Position numbers and translations under genes: made by a program. Below the pieces are notes generated by a model. The model made no database searches, was not told the origin of the DNA, and saw only the letters and a program-made list of their open reading frames with translations. DNA of 64,000 nt from Octopus sinensis (taxonomy: Eukaryota), in NCBI RefSeq assembly GCF_006345805.1, contig NC_042999.1, forward strand, positions 56,482,001 to 56,546,000. Direction: 5' to 3'. Of the stretch, positions 12,886 through 25,400 are shown one piece after another (positions within the stretch are counted from its first letter, which is position 1; the number at the start of each line of letters is the position of its first letter).

Positions 12886-13700
12886 TTACCTCATTTTAGT
12901 ACCAACCAACCTGACACTCTCTGGTTTCATGATCCAAAACTGTCCTTTTTTTTTTTTCTTTCTTATTTAAGGGTTCGTATTTAAATTCAAATGTACCATC
13001 ATAAACTTTATTCTAAATAATTCAAAGGAAGAGTTAATTTTACTGAATCCATATAGATATTTAAGATTGAAACCACAGGCACTAGTTTTCATTAGAAATA
13101 TCACGGATTATTGATAAAATAATGTATGTAAAATATGTGATGAACAGTTTACAAAAACTTATAAATCCTTTACTTAAACATCCATTTGTTTTTTAAAGAG
13201 TAAGGAAAAATATAAGAATTTTTCCTTACTCTTTAAAAAACAAAAGTATCATATGTGGTAAATCTAGTTTTGATAAAATCAAGCCATTCACTTAAAAATA
13301 TTGTCAGCTGTATTCAGTATTGATTGTACCTTCACTAAAGTTGGTGCAACATTTTAAAAATCGATGTTTGCTTTTTGTCATAAAGAAAAAAAATATTCAT
13401 ATTAGATATTCCTTATCTTACACAATAAAAATATTGGTGGAGAACTTTACACCAACATATAGTAACTATTTTCACCTGAATGTTGTCCTAGCTTTTCAAG
13501 GTTAAATTGACCTAACACACTGTTGCTTTGTCCCATGCACCTTTTTAGAAGCATCTTCGTTCAATTCTTGATGTGATTCTACTGAGTATATTTACCTTTA
13601 CCTTGCTTTTTTCACTTCCACCTTCCCAATATGATTGTTTTAAGATATCTTTAATGTCTACAAAACATTAGTTTTCTTGGACATATATATATATATATAT

Positions 13701-14155
13701 ATCATCGTCATTGTTCTCCATGCTGACATGGGTTGGACGGTTTGACTGAGGACTGGTAAGACGGGAGGCTGCACCAGACTCCTATCTGATTTGGCGAAGT
13801 TTCTACAGCTGGATGCCCTTCCTAACATCAACCACTCTGAGAGTGTTGTGGGTGCATTTTATGTGCCACAGGCATGGGAGCCAGTCTGGCGGTACTGGCA
13901 TCAACCACGCTCAAATGATGCTTTTTACGTGTCGCCAGCACAAGTGTCATTCAGACGGCACTAGCATCAGCCACAACTATGGTTTCACTTGGTTCAACAG
14001 GTCTTCACAAGCATGGCATATTGCTCAACGATTGAAGGGTGCTTTAAAATGGACCAGTTATGTGACACTGGCATTGGCCAAAACTACATTCTCACTTGGC
14101 TTGCCGAGTCTTCTCAAGCACAGCATATCTCCAAAAGTGTCGGTTACTTGTAGGT
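13701..14155 (-). mobile_element. RTE 3' end/UTR copy with (GAT)n tail
   Basis: Shares ccatgctgacatgggttggacgg...ggatgcccttcctaa...ccactctgagagtgt and the gtcttctcaagcacagcatatctccaaa ORF end with the 1-726 copy. Confidence 0.8.
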
Positions 14156-14187
14156 CTTGATAGCTTAATATATATATATATACATAT

Positions 14188-14640
14188 ATCATCATCATCA
14201 TCATTGTTTAACATCAGCTTTCCATGCTGGCATGGGTTGTACAGTTTGACTGAGGACTGGCGAGCCAGAGGCTGCACCAGGCTCAATCAGATATCTGGCA
14301 AAGTTTCTACAGCTGGATGCTCTTCCTAATGCCAACCACTCTGGGAGTGTAGTGGGTGCTTTTTACGTGCCACTGGCACGAGGGCCAGTCAGGTGGTTCT
14401 GGCAATGACCACGCTCAAAAGGTGTTTTTATGTGCTACCTGCATGGGAGCCAGTCCAGCGGCACTGGCAACGACCACGCTTGAATGGTGTTTTTCATGTA
14501 CCGGTAAGGCGACGCTTGCAATGATTATGCTTTTTTCATGTGTCACCGGCATGGGAGCCGATCCATGGCCCTGGCAACAATCACACTCACATATACTTCT
14601 TTTAACATTCCACTGGCATGATTGCCAATCAGGCAATACT
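14188..14640 (-). mobile_element. RTE 3' UTR copy with about 4 minisatellite units, in tandem with the previous copy
   Basis: (CAT)n start, conserved UTR core, and ~60-bp units at about 14365-14600. Confidence 0.8.
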
Positions 14641-14693
14641 GTTATATATATATATATATTATATATATATATATACATACATACACACACATA

Positions 14694-15075
14694 GGCGCAG
14701 GAGTGGCAGAGTGGTAAGTAGCTTGCTTACCAACCACATGGTTTCGGGTTCAGTCCCACTGCGTGACACCATGGGCCAGTGTCTTCTACTATAGCCTCAG
14801 GTCGACCAAGGCCTTGTGAGTGGATTTGGTAGACGGAAACTGAAAGAAGCCGGTCGTATATATGTATATATATATATATATATGTGTGTGTTTGTGTGTG
14901 TCCCCGATGCTGGTATGTTTACTTCCCTGTAACCTAGCGGTTCGGCAAAAGAGACCGATAGAATAAGTACTAGGCTTACTAAGAATAAGTCCTGGAGTCG
15001 ATTTGATCGACTAAAGGCGGTGCTCCAGCATGGCTGCAGTCAGATGACTGAAACAAGTAAAAGAGTAAAAAAGAG
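14694..15075 (+). mobile_element. tRNA-derived SINE, family A (best-preserved copy)
   Basis: A box tggcagagtgg, B box ggttcagtccc, body with (AT)/(GT) microsatellite, tail cagcatggctgcagtc...gaaacaagtaaaagagta. More than 20 further partial copies in both orientations, e.g. about 752-905(-), 6905-7110(+), 10090-10340(-), 12130-12485(-), 20135-20450(+), 23870-24240(+), 30330-30660(-), 32545-32930(+), 46410-46750(+), 47690-47935(-), 50035-50200(+), 52320-52665(-), 57880-58110(-), 63190-63345(-). Confidence 0.85.
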
Positions 15076-15554
15076 TATATGAGAGAGAGAGAGCAGTAAA
15101 AGAAATACTTTTGTTTAAATATTTTATCTAATTGTACCATAATTTTTCTGTTTCCTTAAAAAAGGAAGGTTACTGAAGTGAAGAAAATGATTAATTCATT
15201 GCATAAGCTGTTCATAATTTCACAAAAGATTAAAAATATACTGTTGATTTAACTCTTAACGTTTATATATTTTTTTAGGTCCATCTGGATATAGTTTAAT
15301 CCATTTAAGTACACTGCTCTTACACGTTTTGAATACATAATATTGATTAGCTATATTGACTGCTAAAATTTTCGGTGTAAAATGATATTAAACATAAGTA
15401 TAAATTTGAGGCAACAGGCTTTCTCAAATTGTTGTTTATAATGTGTGTTATACCATTAATCCTTAAACATTTCAGCCAATCATATCTGGCCAAAATAGTG
15501 TTTTATGTTCATGCCAGTCAGATCTGGCCTCTCACACCCATCTTACGATGTTAT

Positions 15555-15890
15555 TCATCATTTAACTGCTGACATGGGTTGGACAGTTTGACTAGGGCTG
15601 GCACGCTGGAAGGCTGCACCAGACTCCAGTCTGATTTGGCATGATTTTCTATGGCTGGATGCCCTTCCTAATACCAACAACTCCGAGAGTGTAATGGATG
15701 CTTTTATGTGCCACCAGCATTGGTGCCATTTGCATGACACCAGTATCTGCCATGACTGCGATTTTGCTTGGCTTGGTTGGTCTTCTTAAGCACTACATAA
15801 TACCAAAGGTCTTGGCTATTGGCTCCATAAGGTCCAACACTTGAGAGGAACTCAGCCACTTTGCCTCCGTCAGGCCCAACGCTATTCTTT
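15555..15890 (-). mobile_element. RTE 3' end/UTR copy
   Basis: Same UTR core and ORF-end sequence as the other RTE copies. Confidence 0.75.
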
Positions 15891-16467
15891 TATCTTTGAT
15901 TTGTTCCAATCTCTCTAGACTGAGGCCATGCCGAGGTACCACCCTGAAGAAACCCTAGTCAGATAAATCGAACCCAGCACTTTCTTTTAAGGCCTAATAA
16001 CTATCCTATCAATCTCTTCGGCCAAACCACCAAGTTATGGGGACACAAACAAACCAACACCAGTCGTCAAGCAGTGGTGGGGGGACAAAAACACACATTT
16101 ATAGGAAGGGCTTCTTTCCATTTCTGTCAACTAAGTCCACTCATAAGGCCTCGATCAGCCCAAGGCTAAAAAGAAACCATCACATTGAATCTTGAGCTAT
16201 ATGATCATGCATGATTAACTGAAAGCAATGATTAACTAAGCATTACATTTGACAGAAAAGTCTGAATGCTAAAGGGTTAAATTCAAACATTTCCTGAAAA
16301 TGGTCTTGGGAATGCTCTATAATTTTTTCTTTTTTGGCATTTATGTATTTGCTTCTGCAAGATCCTTGATGTGAAATCATGTTGAAATGCATATTGTTAT
16401 ACTTGGGGGATGGTCGTGTTTTTGCCAATTAAACACCCACACTGTATATTTGATCTTCACTTTATTG

Positions 16468-16796
16468 TTAAGGTGCTGAGCCAGCGGAATTGTTAGCACA
16501 CTGGACGAAATGCATAGCAGTATTTCGCCCATTGTTACGTTCTGAGTTCAAATTCCACTGAGGTTGACTTTGCCTTACATCTTTTCAAGGTTGATAAATT
16601 AAGTACCAGTGACACATAATCGACTTGCCACCCCACCTCCCCAATAGCTGCCCTTGTGGCAAAATTTGAAACCATTATTATTATTCTGCCAAGGTCAACT
16701 TTGCAGTCAGTAAAATAACTACCAGTTTGATGTAATTGACTTACCCCTCCCCCGAAATTGGTGGCCTTGTGCTTATAGTAGAAAGGATTATTATTA
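16468..16796 (+). mobile_element. SINE family B (aaggtgctgagcc/ggcggcgagctggcagaa head) with (ATT)n tail
   Basis: Head with gagttcaaattcc B box; internal duplication. Sister copies at about 17848-18035, 18385-18590, 25490-25700 and 57660-57850 (+), and 3900-4075, 26075-26283, 53868-54092 and 58150-58330 (-). Confidence 0.78.
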
Positions 16797-16800
16797 TTAA

Positions 16801-17843
16801 CCCTTTCGTTACCAAACCGCCCAAAGCCGCCCAAATTTACCTATTCATATTTAAATGAGAATATCAGAGCAAATCTCTTCAGTACATTCGTGAAAACACG
16901 TATTATACTCCGTAAACAGTTCAACTACAGTTTTGTACAATAATCGAAGTGTAATTTTAATTCCGTGAATTTTGGGAGATTTTTTTCCGAAATTTGTTCC
17001 TATTGTGTTTTCAAAATTTGTAATTCTGACAAAAAAATGGATACGAATTTCATTATATCAAGCAGCGAGTCAGAATTCGAAGGATTTTCTACTGAAGACA
17101 TTCATAAATCTAACTCTATGACTGCAAAAAAAAAAAAAATGTGGTATTTGATAATGAATCTGATGTTTCATTTTCCGAAAGTGAAAACAGTGAATCTGAG
17201 ATCTCCGATAGCGATAAAGAAAACGAATTGGCACCTGAATGGAGTGAAAATTTAAAAACTGTTTCTTTCGGTGATTTTTCTGAAGAAACTGGACCAAGCC
17301 ACAGACTTTCCCAGGAGAGTAAAGCCTTAAACTATTTCTATTTACTTTTTCGAATGAGCCTATTTGAAATCATTACGGCAGAAACGAACTGTTACGCTAA
17401 ACGTAAACAAAGCGAAAGAAAGGATAGTTTGTGGTTTCCCACAACCTTAAATGAAATTAAGACTATTTTGCCATAAATATTATTATGGGTATCAGAAAGT
17501 TACCCAGAAAAACAAATTCTATCGTAAAATTTTGTTGTATACCCAATTGAATATTAGCTAATAACCCATTTTCTATAGCGATGTTTGAACAAAATTTTAA
17601 TAATTTTATATTTTGTGGAATTTACCTGTATCTACCTACAATTAGTCACTTTGTGACAAAAATTATAGTATAGAATTGGTTGAGAATATTTCATTAAATT
17701 ATCTTCCAAAAATCAGATTAATATATCGATAAATAAAAAAGTTATAGTTGTTTAATGAAACCAGACTAAATTTATGATTACGTTAGAAATTAATTGAAAC
17801 ACATAAGGGGTGTAATTTGGTCAGAAATATAGTAACGAAAGGG
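16801..17843 (+). mobile_element. Internally deleted piggyBac transposon (1043 bp) with a transposase N-terminal remnant
   Basis: TTAA TSD at 16797-16800 and 17844-17847; TIR ccctttcgttac / gtaacgaaaggg. ATG at 17037 (MDTNFIISSSESEFEGF), frameshift at an A-run, then ...GPSHRLSQESKALNYFYLLFRMSLFEIITAETNCYA...WFPTTLNEIKTIL, and after a second shift AINIIMGIRKLPRK. This matches the DDE_Tnp_1_7 pattern GP..YF.LF...I..ETN.YA..W......EIK.F.G..I.MG..KLP. Confidence 0.92.
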
Positions 17844-18039
17844 TTAAGGTGCTGAGCCAGATAAATTGTTAGCACACTGGTCAAAATGCTTAGCAGTATT
17901 TCTTCTGTCACTACGTTCTGAGTTCAAATTCTGGTGAGGTCAACAACTTGCCTTTCATCCTTTCGGGGTTGGTGTAATCGACTAGTGCCCCCCCCCCCCG
18001 AAAAAATTTCAGGCCTTGTGCCTATAATAGAAAGGAAGC

Positions 18040-18322
18040 ACCATCCGAACGTGGCCGATGCCAGTGCCACCTTGACTGGCTTCTGTGCCGGTGGCACGTA
18101 AAAAGCACCAACCGATCGTGGCTGCTGTCAGCCTCCCCTGGCACCTTGCCAGTGGCATGTAAAAAGCACCCACTATACTCATGGAGTGGTTGGCGTTAGG
18201 AAGGGCATCCTGCTGTAGAAACACTGCCAGATCAGACTGGAGCCTGGTGCAGCCTCCTGGCTTCCCAGACCCGGTTGAACTGTCCAACCCATGCTAGCAC
18301 GGAAAATGGACATTAAATGACT
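18040..18322 (+). mobile_element. RTE 3' UTR copy (5' truncated)
   Basis: gtgccggtggcacgtaaaaagcac units and a ccaacccatgctagcacggaaaatggacattaaatga tail. Confidence 0.78.
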
Positions 18323-18345
18323 ATTATTATTATTATTATTATTAT

Positions 18346-18380
<35 letters not shown>

Positions 18381-18385
18381 CCAGT
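18322..18385. repeat. Compound (TAT)n(TAG)n microsatellite
   Basis: Read directly from the sequence. Confidence 0.95.
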
Positions 18386-18934
18386 AGTAACAAAGCAAAG
18401 AGCTGGCAGAATTGTTTGCTTAGCAACATTTCATCCATTCTTCAATTTTTTGAGTTCAAATTTTGCCATGGTTGACTTTGCCATTCATCCATTCCAGATT
18501 GATGAAATAAGTACCAGCTGAATACTAGGGTCGATGTAATCGACTTATCCCCTCCCCCAAAATTGGTGGCCTTTTGCCAAAATTTGAAATCATTAGTTTA
18601 TTAGTCAAGAGATCTTTCGTCACATTTTCTGTGACCTCTTCAATCACTTTTCTGTTCTTCATGTCTCTTCTCTCTGATTTTGTCCTGTCTGTTCCATTTG
18701 GTCTTTCTCTTTTATATTAATTAAAGTTAACAAAATTGTAAACGACAATAAGGTGAGGAGAGCAGAACTTACTAATTTATCACTAGTGAATTGGGAAATT
18801 TCATCTTTTTAATATTTACAAATTTAAAAATATAATTTTTTACCTGCTTCAGAAATGGATAAAACATTGTAGAAAGTAACTTAATATATAATGTTCAACA
18901 GGTAAATCTGTTTAAGATGAGAATGATATTTTAA

Positions 18935-19260
18935 GTGAAGGCTCAGTAGTTAGAGCTTCGAACTTTCGACTGTAAGGTTGTGAGTTTGAATCCCGGACCG
19001 GGCTGTGTGTTGTGTTCTTGAGCAAGACACTTTATTTCATGTTGCTCCAGTTTACTCATCTGTAGAAATGAGTTGTGACGTCACTGGTGCCAAGCTGTAT
19101 TGGCCTTTCCCTTGGATAACATCGGTGGCGTGGACAGGGGAGGCTGGTATGCATGGGCGACTACTGGTCTTCCATAAACAACCTTGCCCAGACTTGTGCC
19201 TGGAAGGGTAACTTTCTAGGTGCAATCCCATGGTCATTTGTGACCGTAGGAGGTCTTTGA
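18935..19260 (+). mobile_element. tRNA-derived SINE with a CORE/MIR-like segment, family C
   Basis: Head ggctcagtagttagagc...gagtttgaatccc. gttcttgagcaagacact...cagtttactcatctgtagaaatg resembles the MIR core cagtttcctcatctgtaaaatg (recalled). Reverse copies at about 35577-35905 and 54095-54410 (more diverged). Confidence 0.75.
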
Positions 19261-19275
19261 TATTTTAATGGTGTT

Positions 19276-19447
19276 ATATATTTAAGAGATGAGGAATTGT
19301 GTACATTATTTACATTACTTACATTTGACGGATATTTGTCCTCCTCTTGTTTGTTGTTAACACAATGTTTCGGCTGATATACCCTCCAGCCCTCATTGTT
19401 TGTCTTGGGGAAGTTTTGAACCTGGTTTCTCATTCCTAAGGTATTTT
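19276..19447 (-). mobile_element. Penelope-like/hammerhead-bearing short repeat, headless copy
   Basis: Minus strand aaaataccttaggaatgagaaaccaggttc...ccccaagacaaacaatgagggctggagggtatatcagccgaaacattgtgttaacaacaaacaag...; collinear with 56430-56570. Confidence 0.75.
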
Positions 19448-22400
19448 AAGATGAGAATGATAGTTTAATGCATAATGAGAGCTGTAGGTAAAGCACAATA
19501 TTCTGCTTCTGCTTTACAGTTTAGAGGTTAACAGTACAAAAGGGAACCCCAATACATACACAATTGTTTTAAGAATATCCAAAATAAACAATAATTGTTT
19601 GTACAGTTCCATATTGTCCTGAGTGCCAAAGTTCTAGCTTGGAAGTTCAGGAGTTTGGGAAAGAATGGCGTTAGCTGTTAATCACCTCTACTTCCTGCTC
19701 TGCACTGGTCTTAGGTAGAAGCACTTATCAAGGACCCTACTTACAGATCAGATTTCAGGAAATGATCCTGTGGCTAAAGCATACAGGATTCAGAAGATGG
19801 CTGGTCCTTAGATGTCACATAGATCTACTAGTGTGTGGACATGCTCCAATTACAGGTGAACAAGTCCCTCTTGTGTAAGGGTTAAATGGGCCTTTTCCTT
19901 GAAAGGTTAGCATGTGAGCAGAGTAAACTGTAAATAAATGTATTTTGCACTATTACATACTACTTACTTAGCTTTCAAGTAGGAGTGGAATTCATTTGCT
20001 TTTGTCAGTCAGGTGAACTGAGACATGCATTTATGTTTTGCCTGGTGAGATTGAATTTTACAACCATGTTGGTTTCTATTGCGCCTTTTCTTTTATATTC
20101 TGCTTTTCTTTCCCCATAAAATGGGAACCTAGACAATGGTCGTGTGGTGTGAAGTTTGGTTCTAGGTTCGTAGTTCTAGGTTTAGTGCCACTGTATGGCA
20201 TTTTGAATAAAGTGTCTTCCATAACCTTGGGTCAACCCAAGCCTTGTGTGTGGATTTGGTAGACAGAAACTGAAAGAAGCCCATCATGTGTGTGAGTGTG
20301 TGTGTTTGTTCCTCACACCACTTGACAACTAGTGTTGGTGTGTTTATATCCCTGTAACTTAGTGGTTTTGGCAAAAAAGATCAATAGGATAAGTACCAAG
20401 GCAGTGCCCCAGCATGGCCAGTCCAATGACTGAAACAAAAGATAAAAGATTGTATGTTTGCTTCACAACCACATGGTTTTGGATTAAATCACATTGCATG
20501 GCACCTTAGGCAAGTATCTTCTACTATAGCCATGAGCAAACTAAATCATTGAATAGATTTAGTAAAGAGAAACCGAAAGAAGCTTGTATGTGCACGTATT
20601 TGCGTGACCTTGTTTCGACATTGTGTAATAGTTGCAAATGAGTGTTAGTACCATATAAACCAGTGGTTCACTACCAAGGACATCTTTTATTTAAATGAGT
20701 TTTCCCAAGGACCCCAGGATATTGAAAGGTCTATCAGCTTAACATGTTCATGGACCCCCCCCCCCCCCAACCACTAATACTACCTTTGTGGGCCACTGAT
20801 ATAAGCAGTTCCTGGGTGTAGGAAATATCTTGCTTGGAAACCAAATTTTAAGTACAGTGATTGATTAAAAATTTTAAATTGCAACAGGTTAAACTTGTGA
20901 GTAAAATAAATATTTAAAATGACTTGAAACAGGAATTCTGTTACATATTTTTTTCCTTTGGCATTCTAACAAAAGTTGTTTTTAATGGTGGAAACTGCCA
21001 GTATATCTGCTAAAAATGAACAAATTTAAAGGAAGAAGTATCAACCGTTTGAGATGCCTCTCTACCTGTTGCAAGGATTATCAATGAAGCATTGAAACCC
21101 CCTAAATAATCCCGTTATTGTTAGTTTTGGAGTGAATTACTTTGAGCCATAAGGTCTGAAGTGCTCTATTCATTACTTGATCTTCTAATCCAACTTATAA
21201 TGGGTAACAATAAACTGGTATTAGGAAAAACCTGAACAATGTTTATAAAGTGCAGTACAATCATTGTTGCCATGAGTGACTTAACCTTACACCATACTGA
21301 GATCAATAAAATGCCAGAGGCTAATCTTAGATCTTTGAAACATTTCTGTTAAGTGCAAATTCTTTGAATTAAATTTCAATTTTGAAAGACATAGATACAG
21401 GCATAGCTGTGTGGTTCAGAAATATGCTACCAAACCAAAGGGTTTCAGGTTCAGTTTCACTATGTGGAACCTTGGGAAAGTACCTCTTCCTTTAACCTGG
21501 ACCAACAAAATCCTTGTGAATGGATTTGGTAGAGAGAAACTGGTTGTGTCTGTCTTTCTCTTTGTTTTTGTTTTCTTTTTCTGCTCTAGGCCGACATTTT
21601 TGGAGGGAACCAGTCGATTAGATTGACCCCAGTACATAACTGGTACTTAATTTATTGACCCCGAAAGGATGAAAGGCAAAATTGACCTCAACAGAATTTG
21701 AACTCTGTCTCTTTATTTTGATAATGTGATAGTTGTGAATGAGCATCACCATCTTACAAGTGGTGGTGTTTGTTTCTTATCATCCATGCAAACCTGTCTA
21801 GTCATAGAGATAAATGATCTTACAAATAGATGATGGTTGGCAACAGGTAGGACGTCCAGCCACAGAGAAACTGCCTCAATGAATTCTTTCTGACCCATGC
21901 AATCATTAAAATGTTGACAATTTTAAGTTAACATTTAAATCTGTTCCAGTACCTTTCATTCAGTTATATGAACACACATTACTATTTCCATTATTTTATC
22001 TGAAATCTGTTTTAGTATGACTATATAATTAATAATATCTTTAGAAATAGCTTCTGTGGTCATCCTAATGTTGCTCTTATATCTTGTTATAAAATATAAT
22101 GAAACCTTTGTCAATATTCTTCATGTGATTTAAAATTTTAAATCAGCTTAACGCTTCAGCATTATCTTGACCTAACTTATTAAATATTAATCTTGTCATT
22201 CATATTTAGTTTCCTATCTCATTGAGAAGGATTTTAACCCAGTGGGTGGTAACCTGGAATATTTATACTTATGAAATGAAATCTTTTCTTTCTTTCTCTC
22301 TTTAATAACTAGGTAGTTGGCTAGTGTAAGCAAAATTGTAGATTTTTTTTAACAGATAGGTATGTGCTTGGATTGAATAAGGAAAGTAAATGTACAGTAG

Positions 22401-25400
22401 TTATTACATCTTTATATTTTGAATTTTTTCTTTTTTTTTGTAGAACGTTTTTAATTTGAACTAGTTATTTGCTTTATTCTCTTACTAAATTATAAAAAAG
22501 AATTATAGCGTTTATATATGGCCTTAAATATGGTGTCAGTATGCTTGTGCAGAAGCTGGTTGGTACACCCCCAGTTTTTTTTTTTTTTTTTACAGACTAG
22601 GTTAAATCTCAAACTTGTAAAACAGGCTTGTGAAATATCTTTAATTTGTGAGACCTTGCTTTGCAACTGAAGCTTCTTCGTTAGAACCAGCTATTTATGT
22701 GTGTGTGATTTTCTTATGATTTCCTCCTGATTATCTGTCTGTTTTATAATGACCTAATTGAACTGGAAAACTATATTTAATAGCAATTTCTAATCAACTG
22801 TCTACATCCATTATTTCTTTCCATTGAAAGGTCAAACTGGACCTAGTTTTCAGCCTGACACTTCAGACCCTAAAATAATCCTCTTCCTCTTTACTTGGTC
22901 TCAGTTTTTTCCTTTTTTCTTCTTTTATTAACAGTTTCCTCCTCCTTCTCCTAGTTAGTATATCTGCTGTCGTGGCATAAAACATCCTCCCAGCAACTGA
23001 GAGAAATACCATTTCTCATGACTCATGCTACAACTTTTAAACTAGATCACTGTTATAGTCACACTGCTACTTTTAAACCACCACCGCCTCTTCCCCCCAC
23101 CCATCCCTCTCTCCCTCTCTTTCCTTGTCTCCTCACTTTTCTATTGTAGCCTTCTCTTCCTACATTTTCCTTTTATCATTTCATTTATTTTTAACTTCTT
23201 CCAAAATTCTTCACTTTACTCCATTCAGTTCCTGTGTCACTTTTTTCTTTAGCAACTTCATTTTAAAAGTATTGTGACATTTTTCTACCTTTTTCTAGTT
23301 TAATTGCATTTTGAAAATAAAATGCAAACTACTTTAAAAAAAATTTTTTTTGCTTATTTTAGAAGGCAATTACAGTATGATTTTGTCTTTGGCCATGCTG
23401 GGGTACTGAAGGGTTTAGTCAAACAAATCATCCCCAGTATTTTACTTTTTAAAGTTTGGTACTTATTCTATTGGAACTGTTATGAGGATGTTAACAAAAC
23501 AACACTAGATGTGAGGCAGTAGTTGGAACACATATGTACACATACAACAGGCTTCTACACAGTTTCTATCTCCTATATCCAGTTGCAAGATATTAATCGA
23601 TCCAGGGCTACAGTAAGAAGACACTTACCCAAAGTGTCATGGAGTGGAACTGAACCCAGAGCCATGTGGATTCAAAGTAACGATTTTTCTACTCAGTCAA
23701 ATCAGCACCTTTTTTACATTTTTTTTTCTCTTGATACTTAATTCATCAAATATGATGATGTGAGTTTGTAAAACTTTGGTGCTGAAATATCAAATATTAG
23801 AAAGTTATCCTGTAAGGGCCATCTTAGGCCTTCATCTTTGTAGAAATGATCATGATCAAATAATAGGCTCAGGCACAGCTCTGTGGCGAGAAGCTTTCTT
23901 CCCAACCACATGGTTCCAGGTTCAGTCTCACTGCATTACACTTTATACAAGTATCTTCTACTGTAGCTTCTGGCCAACCAAACCCTTGTGAGTAGATTTG
24001 GGAGATGGAAACTGAAAGAAGCCTATTGCATACATTCACATGTGTGTGCACCTCTTTTTGTTCATGTCCCCTGCCACTGCTTGACAGCTGCTGGTGGTGT
24101 GTTTACATCCCTGTAACTTATCAACTTAGCAAAAGAGACTAGTATAAATAAGTACCAAGCTTGATTCGTTTGACTAAAAATTCTTCAAGGCAGTACTCCA
24201 GCATGGGCACAGTCTAATGACTGAAACAAGTAAAAGATAATAGTATAACTAACTGTTGTGACAGCTCAAGCTAATCTTCCCTTAGCTTCTGGCTACAACC
24301 ACTCACTCTTTTTGTGGGCCACAATAAAGTATATAAGCTGACACAGCTTATGCAGTTGATTACCTTGCTGATGTCTTATTCATTATTATTTTTATTTTTG
24401 TTCTTTCTGTAAATAGAAAAACTTACACATGTATCATGTGGGTTGTTCTGATATGTCTTCACTGTTTGCAACAGATCCAAGCAGAATCGCTGTAATCTCT
24501 AGAGTACATTTTGTTAACAACCTTAGAAAGAAAAGTCGGAGCTCGTTCTTTCTGTTCCCCCCACTCTCCTCCTCTCTCTGTGTACAAAAGTGTGGGGTTT
24601 TGAAATTGATAGCACCCTGCTGCTTTTTACACTCACCCCTCGCCCTACTGCCCCACATTTCTGAAATTGGTATAAAAACATGGTAAGTTGAATTTGTTCA
24701 TGCATGCTAAAACTGTGGTAAAATTGTTAAAATGTTGGACAAAATGCCTTGCAGTGTATGAAGCTGTGCTTTTCCACTTTTGGGGTTGATAAACTGAAGT
24801 GCCAGTCAAGTACTAGAATTGGTATAATTAACTCTCTTTTCTAAGTTTTCTTTGGTGCTGGTGCCCTAAAAAAAAAAAAGACACCTGGTACACTCTGTGG
24901 TTGGTTTTATGATGGACCTCCAGATGTTGCAAGTGGAGGAGATGCAACATGCACAAATCCAGTACCATCATCTTCAATAATACCAATATTGTTTTCAAAT
25001 GTTGATTTGAAGTCCCTTTTAACTTTTTTGTTCCCATATTTTTATTGCAACCTACTGTATTTGTTTCAATTATTTCGAAAATAATGAAGTATTTAGTTAA
25101 ATATAACTTAAGCTAGTGTTTTGGAACATAAATTAACACAATGTTGATAGGTTTTAATTTTGATCACTTTAACCATTTTTGTTTCAATATTTCTGTTTAA
25201 TACACTCTCCATTTCAATTATTTCAGTAACGAAGAATTTATCAAAATAAGTTTGTCACCATTAAGCTAGTGTTTGGAACATGAATAAACTTGAAAGATTT
25301 TACTGGAAGGCTTTTATTTTATATAATTTTACAACGGATTTGTATAACAGAACTAGGGGTGGCCCCTGGTGAGTTGATGTGAAAAGCATTATCAGTTAGC

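Noticed and set aside
14694-14770. tRNA genes at SINE heads (also 18935, 56353, 61578)
   Set aside because: A/B boxes are present, but no complete cloverleaf or acceptor stem was seen, and each continues into a multi-copy SINE body.
19747-19856. Possible exon between ttacag and gtgaac (+), or ending at gtaagtag (-)
   Set aside because: The + frame gives no recognisable protein and the minus frames contain stops; likely chance splice-like motifs.
20755-20768. Poly-C run as a G-quadruplex or regulatory element (also about 17988-17999)
   Set aside because: Homopolymer expansions inside repeat copies; no further evidence.
24703-24717. Tiny first exon ATGCTAAAACTGTG|gtaaaa (MLKLW)
   Set aside because: In frame with the 30736 exon, but the donor is weak and lies just inside the stronger 24683 donor; no independent support.
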